In this document: positions 9,249 to 18,502 of the stretch, one piece after another
Numbering within the stretch: the stretch's first letter is position 1
Layout: every line of letters starts with the position of its first letter
From: Spirochaetota bacterium
GTDB lineage: Bacteria > Spirochaetota > UBA4802 > UBA5550
Length of the DNA stretch: 64,000 nt
Direction: 5' to 3'
Assembly (NCBI GenBank): GCA_963663865.1
Contig: OY760686.1
Span: forward strand, 1,472,001-1,536,000
Translations under genes and position numbers: made by a program
The notes under the pieces: model-generated
What the model was told of the DNA's origin: nothing
What the model saw: only the letters and a program-made list of their open reading frames with translations
Databases searched by the model: none

Positions 9249-11681
9249 ATGAAAAGATATACACTTGAGAGGCTGGGGCCTCTGCTCCACTCTGTACAAA
9301 AACCCGCTTCATACATAGGCGGTGAGGTCAATGCGGTCGTTAAGGAAAAAGCTGACGTGCGAATGGCTGTGTCATATCCCGACCTTTATGAGATTGGAAT
9401 GTCCAACAATGGAATCCGCATTCTTTACGAGGCAGTCAATTCGCTTCCATACGCGGCATGCGAGAGGGTCTTTTCGCCTGCTGCCGATTTCGAAGGGGCG
9501 CTAAGGGGGGCCGGGTTAAAGCTCTTCACGCTTGAGACTCTGACACCTCTGTCCGAGCTCGATCTGCTCGGCATCAACGCGGCTCATGAGCTGCTGTATT
9601 CTAATATTCTGCAGCTGATTGATCTCGGCGGAATACCGCTTCTGACGAAGGATAGGGGAGACGGAGATCCCATTGTGCTGATAGGCGGGCAGGCGGTTTC
9701 AAATCCGCTGCCTCTGTTTGATTTTGCCGACGCCTTTTTTATCGGTGACGGAGAGGATGGCCTGAAAGAGGTTGCCGCGGCCATAGCCGGGGGTAAGAAA
9801 AACGCTGCTTCCCGCACGGAACTTATCAAAATGATCGGCAAGCTCGAAGGTATCCTGATTCCGGACGACTATATTTCCGGTCATGAAGGTGCTTCTCCGG
9901 TCAAAAAGAGGGTCTACAGGTCAAATGAACTCTCAGACCCGGAAAGGCCGATAGTTCCGAACATAAGGATTTCTCAGGACAGGGCGGTTGTTGAGGTGAC
10001 CAGGGGATGCTGGAACCTGTGCAAGTTCTGCCATTCGGGATACTACGATCTTCCTTACCGGGCCTACGATGAGGACAGGGTATTGAGCCGGGTTCTCAAG
10101 GTGCTTCAAAATACCGGTTACAGCGACCTTACCCTTTCCTCTCTGTCCTTGAGCGATTACCGCCCTCTGACAGGTCTTCTGCCGAGGCTGCTTCCGATTC
10201 TCAATGAGAAAGGTGTGAGTATTTCTCTGCCTTCACTGAAGGTTGATATGGGGACTTTGCCTCTTATTGAGCTCGTCAGCGATGTCAGAAAGACGTCTCT
10301 GACCTTTGCTGTAGAATCGGCCTCGGAGACAATGAGGTCGATATCTAACAAAAAGGTTCTTGAGGAGGACCTGCTTGACATAATACGCCATGTTTCCGGG
10401 AAGGGCTGGAAAAGGATCAAGTTCTATTTCATGCTCGGGCTGCCCGGCTGCAATAAGACCGATGAGGCTGAGGATGTGATAGTTCTTTTGAAGAAAGTCC
10501 AGTATGCGGGAAGAAAGAGACTCGAGATTAATGTGACCCTTTCACCATTTGTGCCTAAACCCCACACCCCGTTTCAGTGGGAGGCGCAGATGGATGCTGA
10601 CTACTTCAACGACGCGGTCTTGAGAATTAAACGCGGCCTTCCGCGGTCTATAAAGATTAAGAACCACGATGTCAACTCAACAATACTCGAAGGGGTTTTG
10701 GCCAGGGGAGATGAGAAGCTTGGAGCGGTAATTTATAAATCCTATCTTGACGGATGCCGAATGGATTCATGGCATGAACATTTCCGCTACAGCCTGTGGG
10801 AAAAGAATCTAAACGAGCTGCTGCCCGAGTGGAAGAGCTACACAGCTGCCCGTAATCCTGAAAAGCCACTTCCATGGTCAATAGTGGATACTGGATTCGG
10901 GAGGCTTGTCGGTGCATGGCGGGAGCGATGCGCTGATTTACAGAAGCTCAAGGACAGAGCAGGGCTTCCTCAGGAAGCTCCCGCGGCGGCCGAAAGCCTT
11001 GAGACTGATCCGCTGGCTGGAAAATACGAGGCTGTAACAACGCTCAGGCTCAGGCTCTCAAAAACCGGAAGGGCCAAATTTATACCGCATATCGACCAGA
11101 TTGAGATAATTAAGCGCTCGCTTCGCCGAAGCGGTATTCCAGCGGCCTTCACCCGGGGATTCAACCGTCACGAGAGGGTTGACCTGAGCTTTCCGGTCCC
11201 GATTGGTGTTGAAAGCCTTGCAGAGATCTGTGACGTACAGCTCTACGCGATTCCCGATGATGGTTTTAAAGACAGATTTGCTGAAACGCTTCCGGAGGGT
11301 ATCGGTCTCGTAGCCGCTGAATTCATCCCGGGCAGGGAGTCTGTGATGGGAATAACAGCGGCGTTTGGCTACACGGTTGAATGTCTGACTGATGATGCGG
11401 CTCTTGCTCTCAGGGCGGGAATTGATTCGAGGCCTGCTCTTATTAAAGAGACAAAAAAGGAATCAAAAGAGGTCCTGTTTGATGATGCGGTTCTTGATTT
11501 CAGCTTTCCGTCGGAGATGAAGCTTGAAATGACAACAAGGGCAGCGACCGGGAACGCGGTGAGGGCTGATTCTCTTGTTCTTCAGCTCGCAGGGTTTGAG
11601 CAAAGCCGTGTTTCAGAATTCAGGATCGTTAAAACGGCGCAGTATAGAGAAAAAGCGGATGGAGCTCTGGAGATTATTTGA
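9249..11681 (+). CDS. TIGR03960-type B12-binding radical SAM protein fused to a TIGR03936-like C-terminal domain
   Basis: VQKPASYIGGE, YPDLYEIGMSN, EVTRGCWNLCKFC (CxxxCxxC), FVPKPHTPFQW. The C-terminal domain has KFIPHID...FTRGFN...PIGVES. Confidence 0.9.
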   Translation: MKRYTLERLGPLLHSVQKPASYIGGEVNAVVKEKADVRMAVSYPDLYEIGMSNNGIRILYEAVNSLPYAACERVFSPAADFEGALRGAGLKLFTLETLTPLSELDLLGINAAHELLYSNILQLIDLGGIPLLTKDRGDGDPIVLIGGQAVSNPLPLFDFADAFFIGDGEDGLKEVAAAIAGGKKNAASRTELIKMIGKLEGILIPDDYISGHEGASPVKKRVYRSNELSDPERPIVPNIRISQDRAVVEVTRGCWNLCKFCHSGYYDLPYRAYDEDRVLSRVLKVLQNTGYSDLTLSSLSLSDYRPLTGLLPRLLPILNEKGVSISLPSLKVDMGTLPLIELVSDVRKTSLTFAVESASETMRSISNKKVLEEDLLDIIRHVSGKGWKRIKFYFMLGLPGCNKTDEAEDVIVLLKKVQYAGRKRLEINVTLSPFVPKPHTPFQWEAQMDADYFNDAVLRIKRGLPRSIKIKNHDVNSTILEGVLARGDEKLGAVIYKSYLDGCRMDSWHEHFRYSLWEKNLNELLPEWKSYTAARNPEKPLPWSIVDTGFGRLVGAWRERCADLQKLKDRAGLPQEAPAAAESLETDPLAGKYEAVTTLRLRLSKTGRAKFIPHIDQIEIIKRSLRRSGIPAAFTRGFNRHERVDLSFPVPIGVESLAEICDVQLYAIPDDGFKDRFAETLPEGIGLVAAEFIPGRESVMGITAAFGYTVECLTDDAALALRAGIDSRPALIKETKKESKEVLFDDAVLDFSFPSEMKLEMTTRAATGNAVRADSLVLQLAGFEQSRVSEFRIVKTAQYREKADGALEII

Positions 11682-11705
11682 AATAATTGAGGTTTTTTAA
11701 TAAGT

Positions 11706-11760
11706 AAGCCGCAGGGCCGGAATTCAGCCTCCGAAAGATTACGGAGGCTGACTGCGGCTT
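11706..11760. terminator. Long hairpin between convergent genes, probable bidirectional terminator
   Basis: Outer arms AAGCCGCAG / CTGCGGCTT, inner arms TCAGCCTCCG / CGGAGGCTGA. Confidence 0.6.
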
Positions 11761-11767
11761 GTGAGCA

Positions 11768-13426
11768 TTAGAAGCTGTTTCTGTGTGTCTTCCACATATC
11801 GTCAACAAACTGCGACTTGGAGGTCTGCACCGGATGCGTGTAAACCGGGTGACCGCAAGCCGCGAGGTGTTCCGGCGTTTCACTCATCCATCTGTCCGTA
11901 TACTCAAGGTAGTACGGGAAAGCGAGGTTTTCCTCTGCGCCGAAGACTCGTGCGCACAGCGAGAAACCTGTCATATATGCTGAATGCATTCGTCTATACG
12001 TTTCCTGTTTTTCGCCGCCGCCGGGATATGCTTCTTCAAGCCAGCCCCACTCTTCCGGGTGCAGAATCTCGTGTTCAGTATCATTGCCGCTTGTGCCGTC
12101 TCTCCATAGATATTTGGCCCCTGTCCAGCTCTCTCCGTACAAGAGTATTTCGCTGAAAACGGAACGTCTGGTTTCTTCGAAGACGTACAGCTGGCCTTCT
12201 CCGTAGGACGGGCTGTTGTTATCTCCATTGACCCACATGTCTCTCATCTCATCATCATTGAGTATTATGCCGGCGAAGATTACAGGCCAGCGGTAGTTGT
12301 AGGCCCCTGTGCCTGGTGATTTAAGCATTGTGTAGTAATCGATGGCCACCTGGATGTAATTCTGAACAAGAACTGTCCTGTCGCCCCAGTCGGTCATACA
12401 CAGCACTGCTCCGTGGCTGAGAAGCAGGGCAACATCCTGGTGATAGGATGGGCTGTTCTGTACCGGCATAATGTAACGGTGTGTCCAGCCGGCGTTGTGA
12501 AGCAGCCATGGCCTTTCAAACCAGCGCTCATAATTCTTTTTAATTGTGTCGGCTGTCGGGGTTGATGAAACCGCATTGAGTGAAGGAAGCCTGTCCCATT
12601 GAATCTCGCTCGTGTTGTATATTCTTTTCTCCGTGCCGATTATTCCGGGCCTGAATGAGCCTTCTGACGGAACATCGGTCAGAACGGTCAGAACTGATGC
12701 TGAGTAGACTGACGGTCTCGGATTTGTTTCATTTTCATCCTCTGATATTGTGGAAACAAGAGAGGAGTCTGCTTCGATCTCAACAGGGAAGCTGACCTTG
12801 TACTTGTCGGTATATCCCACCGACCTTGAATCGTATGAGTGACCGCCATTCGGGGGATTGATCATAGATCCGTTGATATAGTATCCATTGGCTGTTGTAC
12901 GGGGCGAGGGAGATACCTCTTCAACGGTTACGGGCCCGACTACCCAGTAGTCGCCTGTTACGAAACGTCCATACGTTACTGTTTTGCTGAAGGTCCAGGT
13001 AATACCGTTATGTGTGATAGTACTGCCTTCGGTGGTTTCAGCCGGAACCGTGCCGCTGTTCTCATCTTCCTGTTCATCGCTCACGTCGCCACTTTCAGAA
13101 TCGTCATCATCGGTGGTGTATCCTTCATCAGTTGTGTCTGATGAGTCGGCCGTTTCCGTTTCATCTGCAGCTTCAGATTCGTCAACATCATCAGCTTCGG
13201 AGACATCTGATGATGTTTCACTTTCGTTTTCTTCATCAGACTGGTAATCTGATGAAGTACTTGGCTGAGATGAAACAGGGTCAGAGCCGGTTTCAACTGT
13301 TGTTTCGACCGGTTCTCCGGGAATGTACGTCCCGCTGCATCCTGTGCTCAGAATAAAAATTCCGGCAGCTGCCGCAGCAAGGGTTGCTAAGATTTTATTG
13401 CTCAAGGTTATGGTTTTTGTTTTCAT
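11768..13426 (-). CDS. Uncharacterised lipoprotein with a long acidic Ser/Thr/Asp/Glu linker; paralog of 13635-15041
   Basis: Lipobox LSTGC, a low-complexity acidic stretch of about 100 aa, then a globular domain starting ITWTF...GRFVTGDYWVVGPVTV. RBS AGGAG. Confidence 0.85.
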   Translation of the reverse strand: MKTKTITLSNKILATLAAAAAGIFILSTGCSGTYIPGEPVETTVETGSDPVSSQPSTSSDYQSDEENESETSSDVSEADDVDESEAADETETADSSDTTDEGYTTDDDDSESGDVSDEQEDENSGTVPAETTEGSTITHNGITWTFSKTVTYGRFVTGDYWVVGPVTVEEVSPSPRTTANGYYINGSMINPPNGGHSYDSRSVGYTDKYKVSFPVEIEADSSLVSTISEDENETNPRPSVYSASVLTVLTDVPSEGSFRPGIIGTEKRIYNTSEIQWDRLPSLNAVSSTPTADTIKKNYERWFERPWLLHNAGWTHRYIMPVQNSPSYHQDVALLLSHGAVLCMTDWGDRTVLVQNYIQVAIDYYTMLKSPGTGAYNYRWPVIFAGIILNDDEMRDMWVNGDNNSPSYGEGQLYVFEETRRSVFSEILLYGESWTGAKYLWRDGTSGNDTEHEILHPEEWGWLEEAYPGGGEKQETYRRMHSAYMTGFSLCARVFGAEENLAFPYYLEYTDRWMSETPEHLAACGHPVYTHPVQTSKSQFVDDMWKTHRNSF

Positions 13427-13575
13427 GTCAGTGCTCCTGTTTATATGTTGCTCTTTGTTCCCAACTCCGGAATTGGCGAACAGAGGAATGTATAAAAAGG
13501 ATTTGAAATCGGCGAAAAAAAGTTAATAAACTTGAAAAAAAAACGTCAAAATGCTCATTAATAGAGATGTGACAT

Positions 13576-13609
13576 AAATAAAAGCGGGCAGGGAGAGTTA
13601 TTGCCCGCT
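13576..13609 (-). terminator. Rho-independent terminator after 13635-15041
   Basis: AGCGGGCA / TGCCCGCT stem followed by a U-rich tract on the minus strand. Confidence 0.65.
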
Positions 13610-13634
13610 CCGGCGGTAAAAGACTGAGGAGAAA

Positions 13635-15041
13635 CTACTTATAAGTACTTCTGTACTGTTTCCACATGTCGTCGACAAATTCAGATTTTGAGGTCTGAGC
13701 CGGGTGTGTCCCTACGGGGTGACCGCAGTCAGCCAGGTGTTCGGGCGTCTCGCTCATCCATCTGTCGGTGTACTCGAGATAGTACTTAAAAGCCAGCTTG
13801 TCTTTAGCGTTAAAAGCGTGTACGCAGAGTGAAAAGCCTGCCATATAGGCCGAGTGCATGCGCCTGTAGGTTTCCATCTTCTCGCCGCCCCCGGTGTAGG
13901 CTTCTTCAAGCCAGTACCATTCGTTAGGGTGAAGCAGTTCGTGTTCTGAGTCGTTGCCGTTTGTGCCGTCCCTCCAGAGATAGGTTGCATCGGTCCAGCT
14001 TTTCCCTTTGGGCAGTAGTATATTACTAAAAATAGTCCTGTTAGTCTCTTCGAAAATGTACAGCTGACCCTCTCCATATGAAGGGGAATTGTTGGTCTTG
14101 TTTATCCACATATCTGTCATTTCGGTGTTATTCAGCATAATTCCTGCAAATATTACCGGCCATCGGTAGTTGTAGGCCCCTGTCCCAGGGGATTTCAGCA
14201 TTGTGAAGTAATCGATTCCTACCTGTATGTAGTTCTGTACAAGCGTGGTCCTGTCTCCCCAGTCTGTAATACACAGAACAGCTCCGTGGCTGAGCAGGAG
14301 GGCCACATCCTGATGATAGGAAGGGCTGTTCTCAACCGGCATAATATAGCGGTGCGTCCAGCCGCTGTTGTGAAGAAGCCACGGTCTTTCGAACCACCTT
14401 TCGTAGTTCTCCTTTATCGACTCGGCTGAGGGAATTGAAGAGGGGGGCTCAAGCGCAGGCAGGCGGTCCCACTGAATGTCTTTTACGTTGTAAAGGGTTT
14501 TTTCAGTGCCTATGACTCCGGGCCTGAACGAGCCCTCCGGAGGGGCTTCAGCCAGCACCGTGAGCACTGACGCCGAGTGGACTGAGGGCCTCGGGTTATC
14601 TTCAGATGCGTCCTCAGATACGGTCGAAACAAGGGAAGAGCCGGGTTCAATCGTTACCGGAAACGTGAAAATGTGTTCTTCCGAGTATCCGACAGAGCGG
14701 GAGTCATATGAGTGGCTTCCATTTGCGGGATTGATCATGGATCCGTTTATATAGTTGCCCTTTTCTTCCTGTGGCGGCGGATATACAGAATCGACTGTAA
14801 CGGGGCCCACTACCCAGTAATCTCCTGTAACAAATCTTCCGTATTGAACGGGATTTTCAAATGACCAGGTTATATCATAGGAGGTTATTGAGTTCTCTGT
14901 TGTCGTGCGCTTCGGCTGATACGTCTTTTGCTGGCACGTTGCGGTCGACAGCAAAAGCAGCATGACAATTGAGGCAAGAACATTCATACTGAAATTCTCA
15001 GCCTTTAAGGAACCCGATCCTCTTTTGAACACTTCTTTCAT
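13635..15041 (-). CDS. Uncharacterised putative lipoprotein; paralog of 11768-13426
   Basis: Hydrophobic segment ending LLSTATC. Shares long identical peptides with its neighbour (NYERWFERPWLLHN, NSPSYHQDVALLLSHGAVLC, ETYRRMHSAYM). Confidence 0.85.
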   Translation of the reverse strand: MKEVFKRGSGSLKAENFSMNVLASIVMLLLLSTATCQQKTYQPKRTTTENSITSYDITWSFENPVQYGRFVTGDYWVVGPVTVDSVYPPPQEEKGNYINGSMINPANGSHSYDSRSVGYSEEHIFTFPVTIEPGSSLVSTVSEDASEDNPRPSVHSASVLTVLAEAPPEGSFRPGVIGTEKTLYNVKDIQWDRLPALEPPSSIPSAESIKENYERWFERPWLLHNSGWTHRYIMPVENSPSYHQDVALLLSHGAVLCITDWGDRTTLVQNYIQVGIDYFTMLKSPGTGAYNYRWPVIFAGIMLNNTEMTDMWINKTNNSPSYGEGQLYIFEETNRTIFSNILLPKGKSWTDATYLWRDGTNGNDSEHELLHPNEWYWLEEAYTGGGEKMETYRRMHSAYMAGFSLCVHAFNAKDKLAFKYYLEYTDRWMSETPEHLADCGHPVGTHPAQTSKSEFVDDMWKQYRSTYK

Positions 15042-15266
15042 AAAGACTCCCCTGTTGGAAAAGGAATTATGTAGTAAATAGCAAAAGAACCACTACAATG
15101 TAATGTTAAAATCAAATCAAGGATGAATCAAATAATAAATTAAAGATTTTCGTGTAGAAATATAATAAGTTCAATTAGGAATACATCCCTAAGATTTTAA
15201 TATCGAGTCACAGCTAAACAGGGAAAGGCCAGCAGGCACTGATTAAGAGTGAAATTCTTAAAATGA

Positions 15267-15295
15267 TTGACATATTTGAGGGATGACGATAGGTT
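15267..15295 (+). promoter_or_regulatory. Putative sigma70 promoter of the glycosyltransferase operon
   Basis: TTGACA (15267-15272), 17-nt spacer, TAGGTT (15290-15295). Confidence 0.45.
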
Positions 15296-15399
15296 TTCAC
15301 CCGGGTACAACAGGGCAATTATGCATGATGTTTGCCCCCAGGAGGCATTTGCCGGACTGTGTATCAACGGCAAGGGATATTCACGGGAAAAACAGAAAG

Positions 15400-16317
15400 A
15401 TGCTCACAATAATTTTCGTTAACTACAGAAGTTCAGCGCTTCTTGACAGGTGCCTCCTTTCCATTGAAAAGTATGAGGCTGACTATCGCAGGTATGAGAT
15501 TGTAGTTGTTGATAATAACTCCTCGGACCCGGGACTCGCTGAGGTCCTGTCCAGATTTCCATACATTAAACTTATTCAGGCGCCTGAAAACGGGGGCTTC
15601 GCTTACGGAAATAATATTGGAATTCGAACCGCAAAATACAATACAATTCTCCTGCTTAATCCGGACACATACCTGACTGATAATGCCATAAGCAAGCTTT
15701 ACCGTCGAATGAATGACATTCCGGAAACTGACATCATCGGGCCAAAGCTTCTCAATCCCGACGGAAGCAATCAATCATATTTTCTGCCCAAGACATATCT
15801 TACGCTGTGGAGGCTCTTCTGCGAGAGGTTGTTTCTGCATCGTCTTTTCAGGAGAAGCCGTTTCTTCAACTCCTATCTGAGAACGTATATGGATTATGAC
15901 AGCGAGAGCCCTGTTGAGCAGGTTTCCGGTGCGGCGTTCATGTTCAGGCGGAGGGTTGTCAGGGAGATAGGCCTGTTCGACGAGAGGTACTTCATGTATT
16001 TTGAGGAAAGTGATTTCTGCAGAAAGGCAGCGAGACGCGGCTTCCGGCTTCTCTACTATCCGGGCAGCTCAATTGTTCACGATTCCGGGCTTGGCTCCGA
16101 GGCCAACTGGTCAAGGTCCTGCGGATGGTATATATCCTCATTTAAACAGTATTTCAAAAATAATTTTTCTTGCTTTTCGTACGCACTGGCTTTAATAATT
16201 TATTTCACCGGGGCTTTGCTAAGGTTTGCCGGATCGCTTGTAACCGGCAGGAAGAAATGCCGTTATTATTTTTTCGAAATGATATATATTATCGGCTTTG
16301 GAGCGGGTCGCAACTGA
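15400..16317 (+). CDS. Glycosyltransferase family 2 (WbbL-like)
   Basis: MLTIIFVNY, VVDNNSSD, NGGFAYGNN, LLNPD, SGAAFM, FDERYFMYFEESDFC. Start placed at ATG 15400. Confidence 0.9.
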   Translation: MLTIIFVNYRSSALLDRCLLSIEKYEADYRRYEIVVVDNNSSDPGLAEVLSRFPYIKLIQAPENGGFAYGNNIGIRTAKYNTILLLNPDTYLTDNAISKLYRRMNDIPETDIIGPKLLNPDGSNQSYFLPKTYLTLWRLFCERLFLHRLFRRSRFFNSYLRTYMDYDSESPVEQVSGAAFMFRRRVVREIGLFDERYFMYFEESDFCRKAARRGFRLLYYPGSSIVHDSGLGSEANWSRSCGWYISSFKQYFKNNFSCFSYALALIIYFTGALLRFAGSLVTGRKKCRYYFFEMIYIIGFGAGRN

Positions 16318-16363
16318 CCGGGCGGTGGTCTGTGTCATAAACCGGATATCAGAGGAGCGGAGT

Positions 16364-16816
16364 TTGAAAAAGATACTGCTTGTTGCGTCTTCGGGCGGCC
16401 ATCTCTATCAGCTGCACAGCCTGAAGAATTTCTGGGGCTCCAGAGAACACTGCTGGGTGAGCTTCCCGTCGCAGGATTCCAGGGTGATGCTTGAAAAGGA
16501 GAAAGTCTACTGGGCCCATTATCCCACAAACCGAAGCATTAAAAATCTCTTTAAAAACCTCGTCCTCGCCGTAAAAATTATCCGAAAGGAGAGGCCCTCT
16601 CTGATAATCTCGACTGGAGCGGGGGTTGCTGTTCCATTCATAGTCTGCGGTTTCATTATGAGGGTGAAGACGGTTTACCTCGAATCAATAACCAGAAACG
16701 AAAAGCTCTCACTCTCAGCGTTGCTGATATATCCCTTCGTGAGCATGCTGCTTGTGCAGTGGCCTCAGCTCGCTGCCAGATACAAAAAAGCAAGGTACGA
16801 AGGGAGGATAATATGA
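16364..16816 (+). CDS. PssD/Cps14F (Alg14-like) glycosyltransferase acceptor subunit
   Basis: LVASSGGHL, RPSLIISTGAGVAVPF, YLESITR, LVQWP. TTG start preceded by AGGAG. Confidence 0.9.
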   Translation: MKKILLVASSGGHLYQLHSLKNFWGSREHCWVSFPSQDSRVMLEKEKVYWAHYPTNRSIKNLFKNLVLAVKIIRKERPSLIISTGAGVAVPFIVCGFIMRVKTVYLESITRNEKLSLSALLIYPFVSMLLVQWPQLAARYKKARYEGRII

Positions 16817-17298
16817 TCTTTGTCATGACTGGAACAGAGGCTTTTCCCTTTAACAGGTTTATTGTTGAAGTAGACTCTATGATTGAGGACAATGTTTTTG
16901 GTGAAGAAGTCTTCATGCAGATCGGTTCATGCACGGCAGAACCCCGTCACTGCAAGTGGGTAAAGTACATGCCGTTTAATGAGGTTTGTGAGAAAATAGT
17001 TAAGTCAACAGCTGTTATCACGCATGCCGGGGCCGGATCGACCCTGCTTTGCCTTGAGTTGGGAAAGAAGCCCCTTATTGTCACGAGGAGGAAGGAACAC
17101 GGTGAGCACCTCGACGACCACCAGGTGCCTTTCGCCCGGATGATGGAATCGCTTGACTATGCGGTTCCAGCGTATGATGTAAACGATCTCCGAAAATCAT
17201 ATTCGCAGATCAGGAATTCAGCCGACAGTGACTTTACGATTAAGCGGGACAACTCAGCGTTAACCGGGTTTCTTGAACGCTATTACGACTCAGTTTAA
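16813..17298 (+). CDS. PssE/Cps14G (Alg13-like) glycosyltransferase catalytic subunit
   Basis: MIFVMTGT..PFNR, QIG, ITHAGAGS, GEHLDDHQ. ATGA overlap with the upstream gene. Confidence 0.9.
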   Translation: MIFVMTGTEAFPFNRFIVEVDSMIEDNVFGEEVFMQIGSCTAEPRHCKWVKYMPFNEVCEKIVKSTAVITHAGAGSTLLCLELGKKPLIVTRRKEHGEHLDDHQVPFARMMESLDYAVPAYDVNDLRKSYSQIRNSADSDFTIKRDNSALTGFLERYYDSV

Positions 17299-17329
17299 TC
17301 CATCCTCCCGGGCTTTCCGAAGATATCTT

Positions 17330-18502
17330 TCAGAAGTACTTTGTTGAAGTTCCTTTGAGATAATCGTTTTCCAGGATTGAGCAGATGCTTCGGATGAGAT
17401 TTCTTCGGATATCCAGCTCAATCGGGAGATCGGGATCCTGATGGGCCTGGTTGACCCTTGTGCCGACGTAAAATTCAATGATGTCGTTGGAAAGGAGAAG
17501 CTCTTTGAGCATCTCAGCCCCGTTTCTCTTTGTGAGGGAGGAGCTTCGTCCAGCGAGAAGCTCTCTGCAGAAGCTCAGGGTTATGCAGCCTTCGGTCATC
17601 AGGGTTATCCCCGGCATGGTCGAAGTCGCCGGAATGACAGGGTCAATCGAACTCAAGTCAACCTCGGCGCAAAGACCGAGCTCTCTTTCAATGATGTTGC
17701 CTGTTGTGCCTCCGCAGACGGCGCAGGGGCCTTCCCATTTCCCCACGAGCGCTGAATACTCCGTGTCCCTGGCAGGATCTACCGGAGGCCCGGTGAGCAC
17801 TCTGAGCACCCTGGGATTGCGTATGTAAGTCACAATGCTGCTGATGTCGTCGCCCGCTTTGAGTGCATCGTTCGATATCGCCTTTTCGCAGATTGAACGG
17901 GCAAGCGATGTTGAGCTCGCTTCAGGATCGCGGCCGATGATGCCGGAAATAAAATCGGCGGTTCTGTCCATGCCGAAGCCCATCGGCCACTCCGGGCTGC
18001 CCATGCCTGAGCCAGTTATGCCGTCGGAGAGAAGAATGAGCCTGTCGCCCGGTCTGAGACGGAAACGTGTATGCAGGAGTTCGCGTCTGGCCCATCTTCC
18101 TTTGTCGATTCTTTCCGGCGGATGATACAGCCTTTCGCTTCCCCTGAAGATGAGAAATTGAGGGTTGCCGTGTTCAATGATGTCGGCTATTCTGCTTTCA
18201 CTGAGATGAAATATGGTAAAGGTCGAAAAGCTGATTTTTCTGACCGGGCATACAGGAAGCGCGTTCATCAGGAGCTCAGCCGAACGGATAGGGCTCAGCT
18301 CTGAAGATATATACTCAAGCCCCATTGATGCGGTAAAGCTTGCCAGCACATTTGCCTCTACGCCGCTTCCAAGGCCGTCGCAGAGTATCGACACATAGGA
18401 GGATGTGCCGGTTTTTTTCGTAAGGCAGATATCTCCGTTAACCGGATTTGAGTATTTCGACTGCTGGTATGAGTCTATTTCAACAAAAAAGTTTTCAGGC
18501 AT
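17330..18502 (-). CDS. SpoIIE/PP2C-type Ser/Thr phosphatase (HfsC-like)
   Basis: GD...CDGLGSG, SFSTF, LSDGIT and GDDIS motifs, plus the C-terminal TGPP/VCGGTT extension typical of hydrogenase-linked phosphatases. Confidence 0.88.
   Translation of the reverse strand: MPENFFVEIDSYQQSKYSNPVNGDICLTKKTGTSSYVSILCDGLGSGVEANVLASFTASMGLEYISSELSPIRSAELLMNALPVCPVRKISFSTFTIFHLSESRIADIIEHGNPQFLIFRGSERLYHPPERIDKGRWARRELLHTRFRLRPGDRLILLSDGITGSGMGSPEWPMGFGMDRTADFISGIIGRDPEASSTSLARSICEKAISNDALKAGDDISSIVTYIRNPRVLRVLTGPPVDPARDTEYSALVGKWEGPCAVCGGTTGNIIERELGLCAEVDLSSIDPVIPATSTMPGITLMTEGCITLSFCRELLAGRSSSLTKRNGAEMLKELLLSNDIIEFYVGTRVNQAHQDPDLPIELDIRRNLIRSICSILENDYLKGTSTKYF

Noticed and set aside
13020-13320. Repetitive TCATC/TCAG-rich DNA as a tandem repeat or CRISPR array
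   Set aside because: It is the low-complexity acidic linker of the lipoprotein; there is no fixed repeat-spacer periodicity.
15283-15399. Longer N-terminus for the GT2 gene (likewise track starts 16298, 16759, 26718, 37384, 51086)
   Set aside because: Domain starts, RBS positions and the promoter or terminator overlapping these extensions favour the downstream starts.
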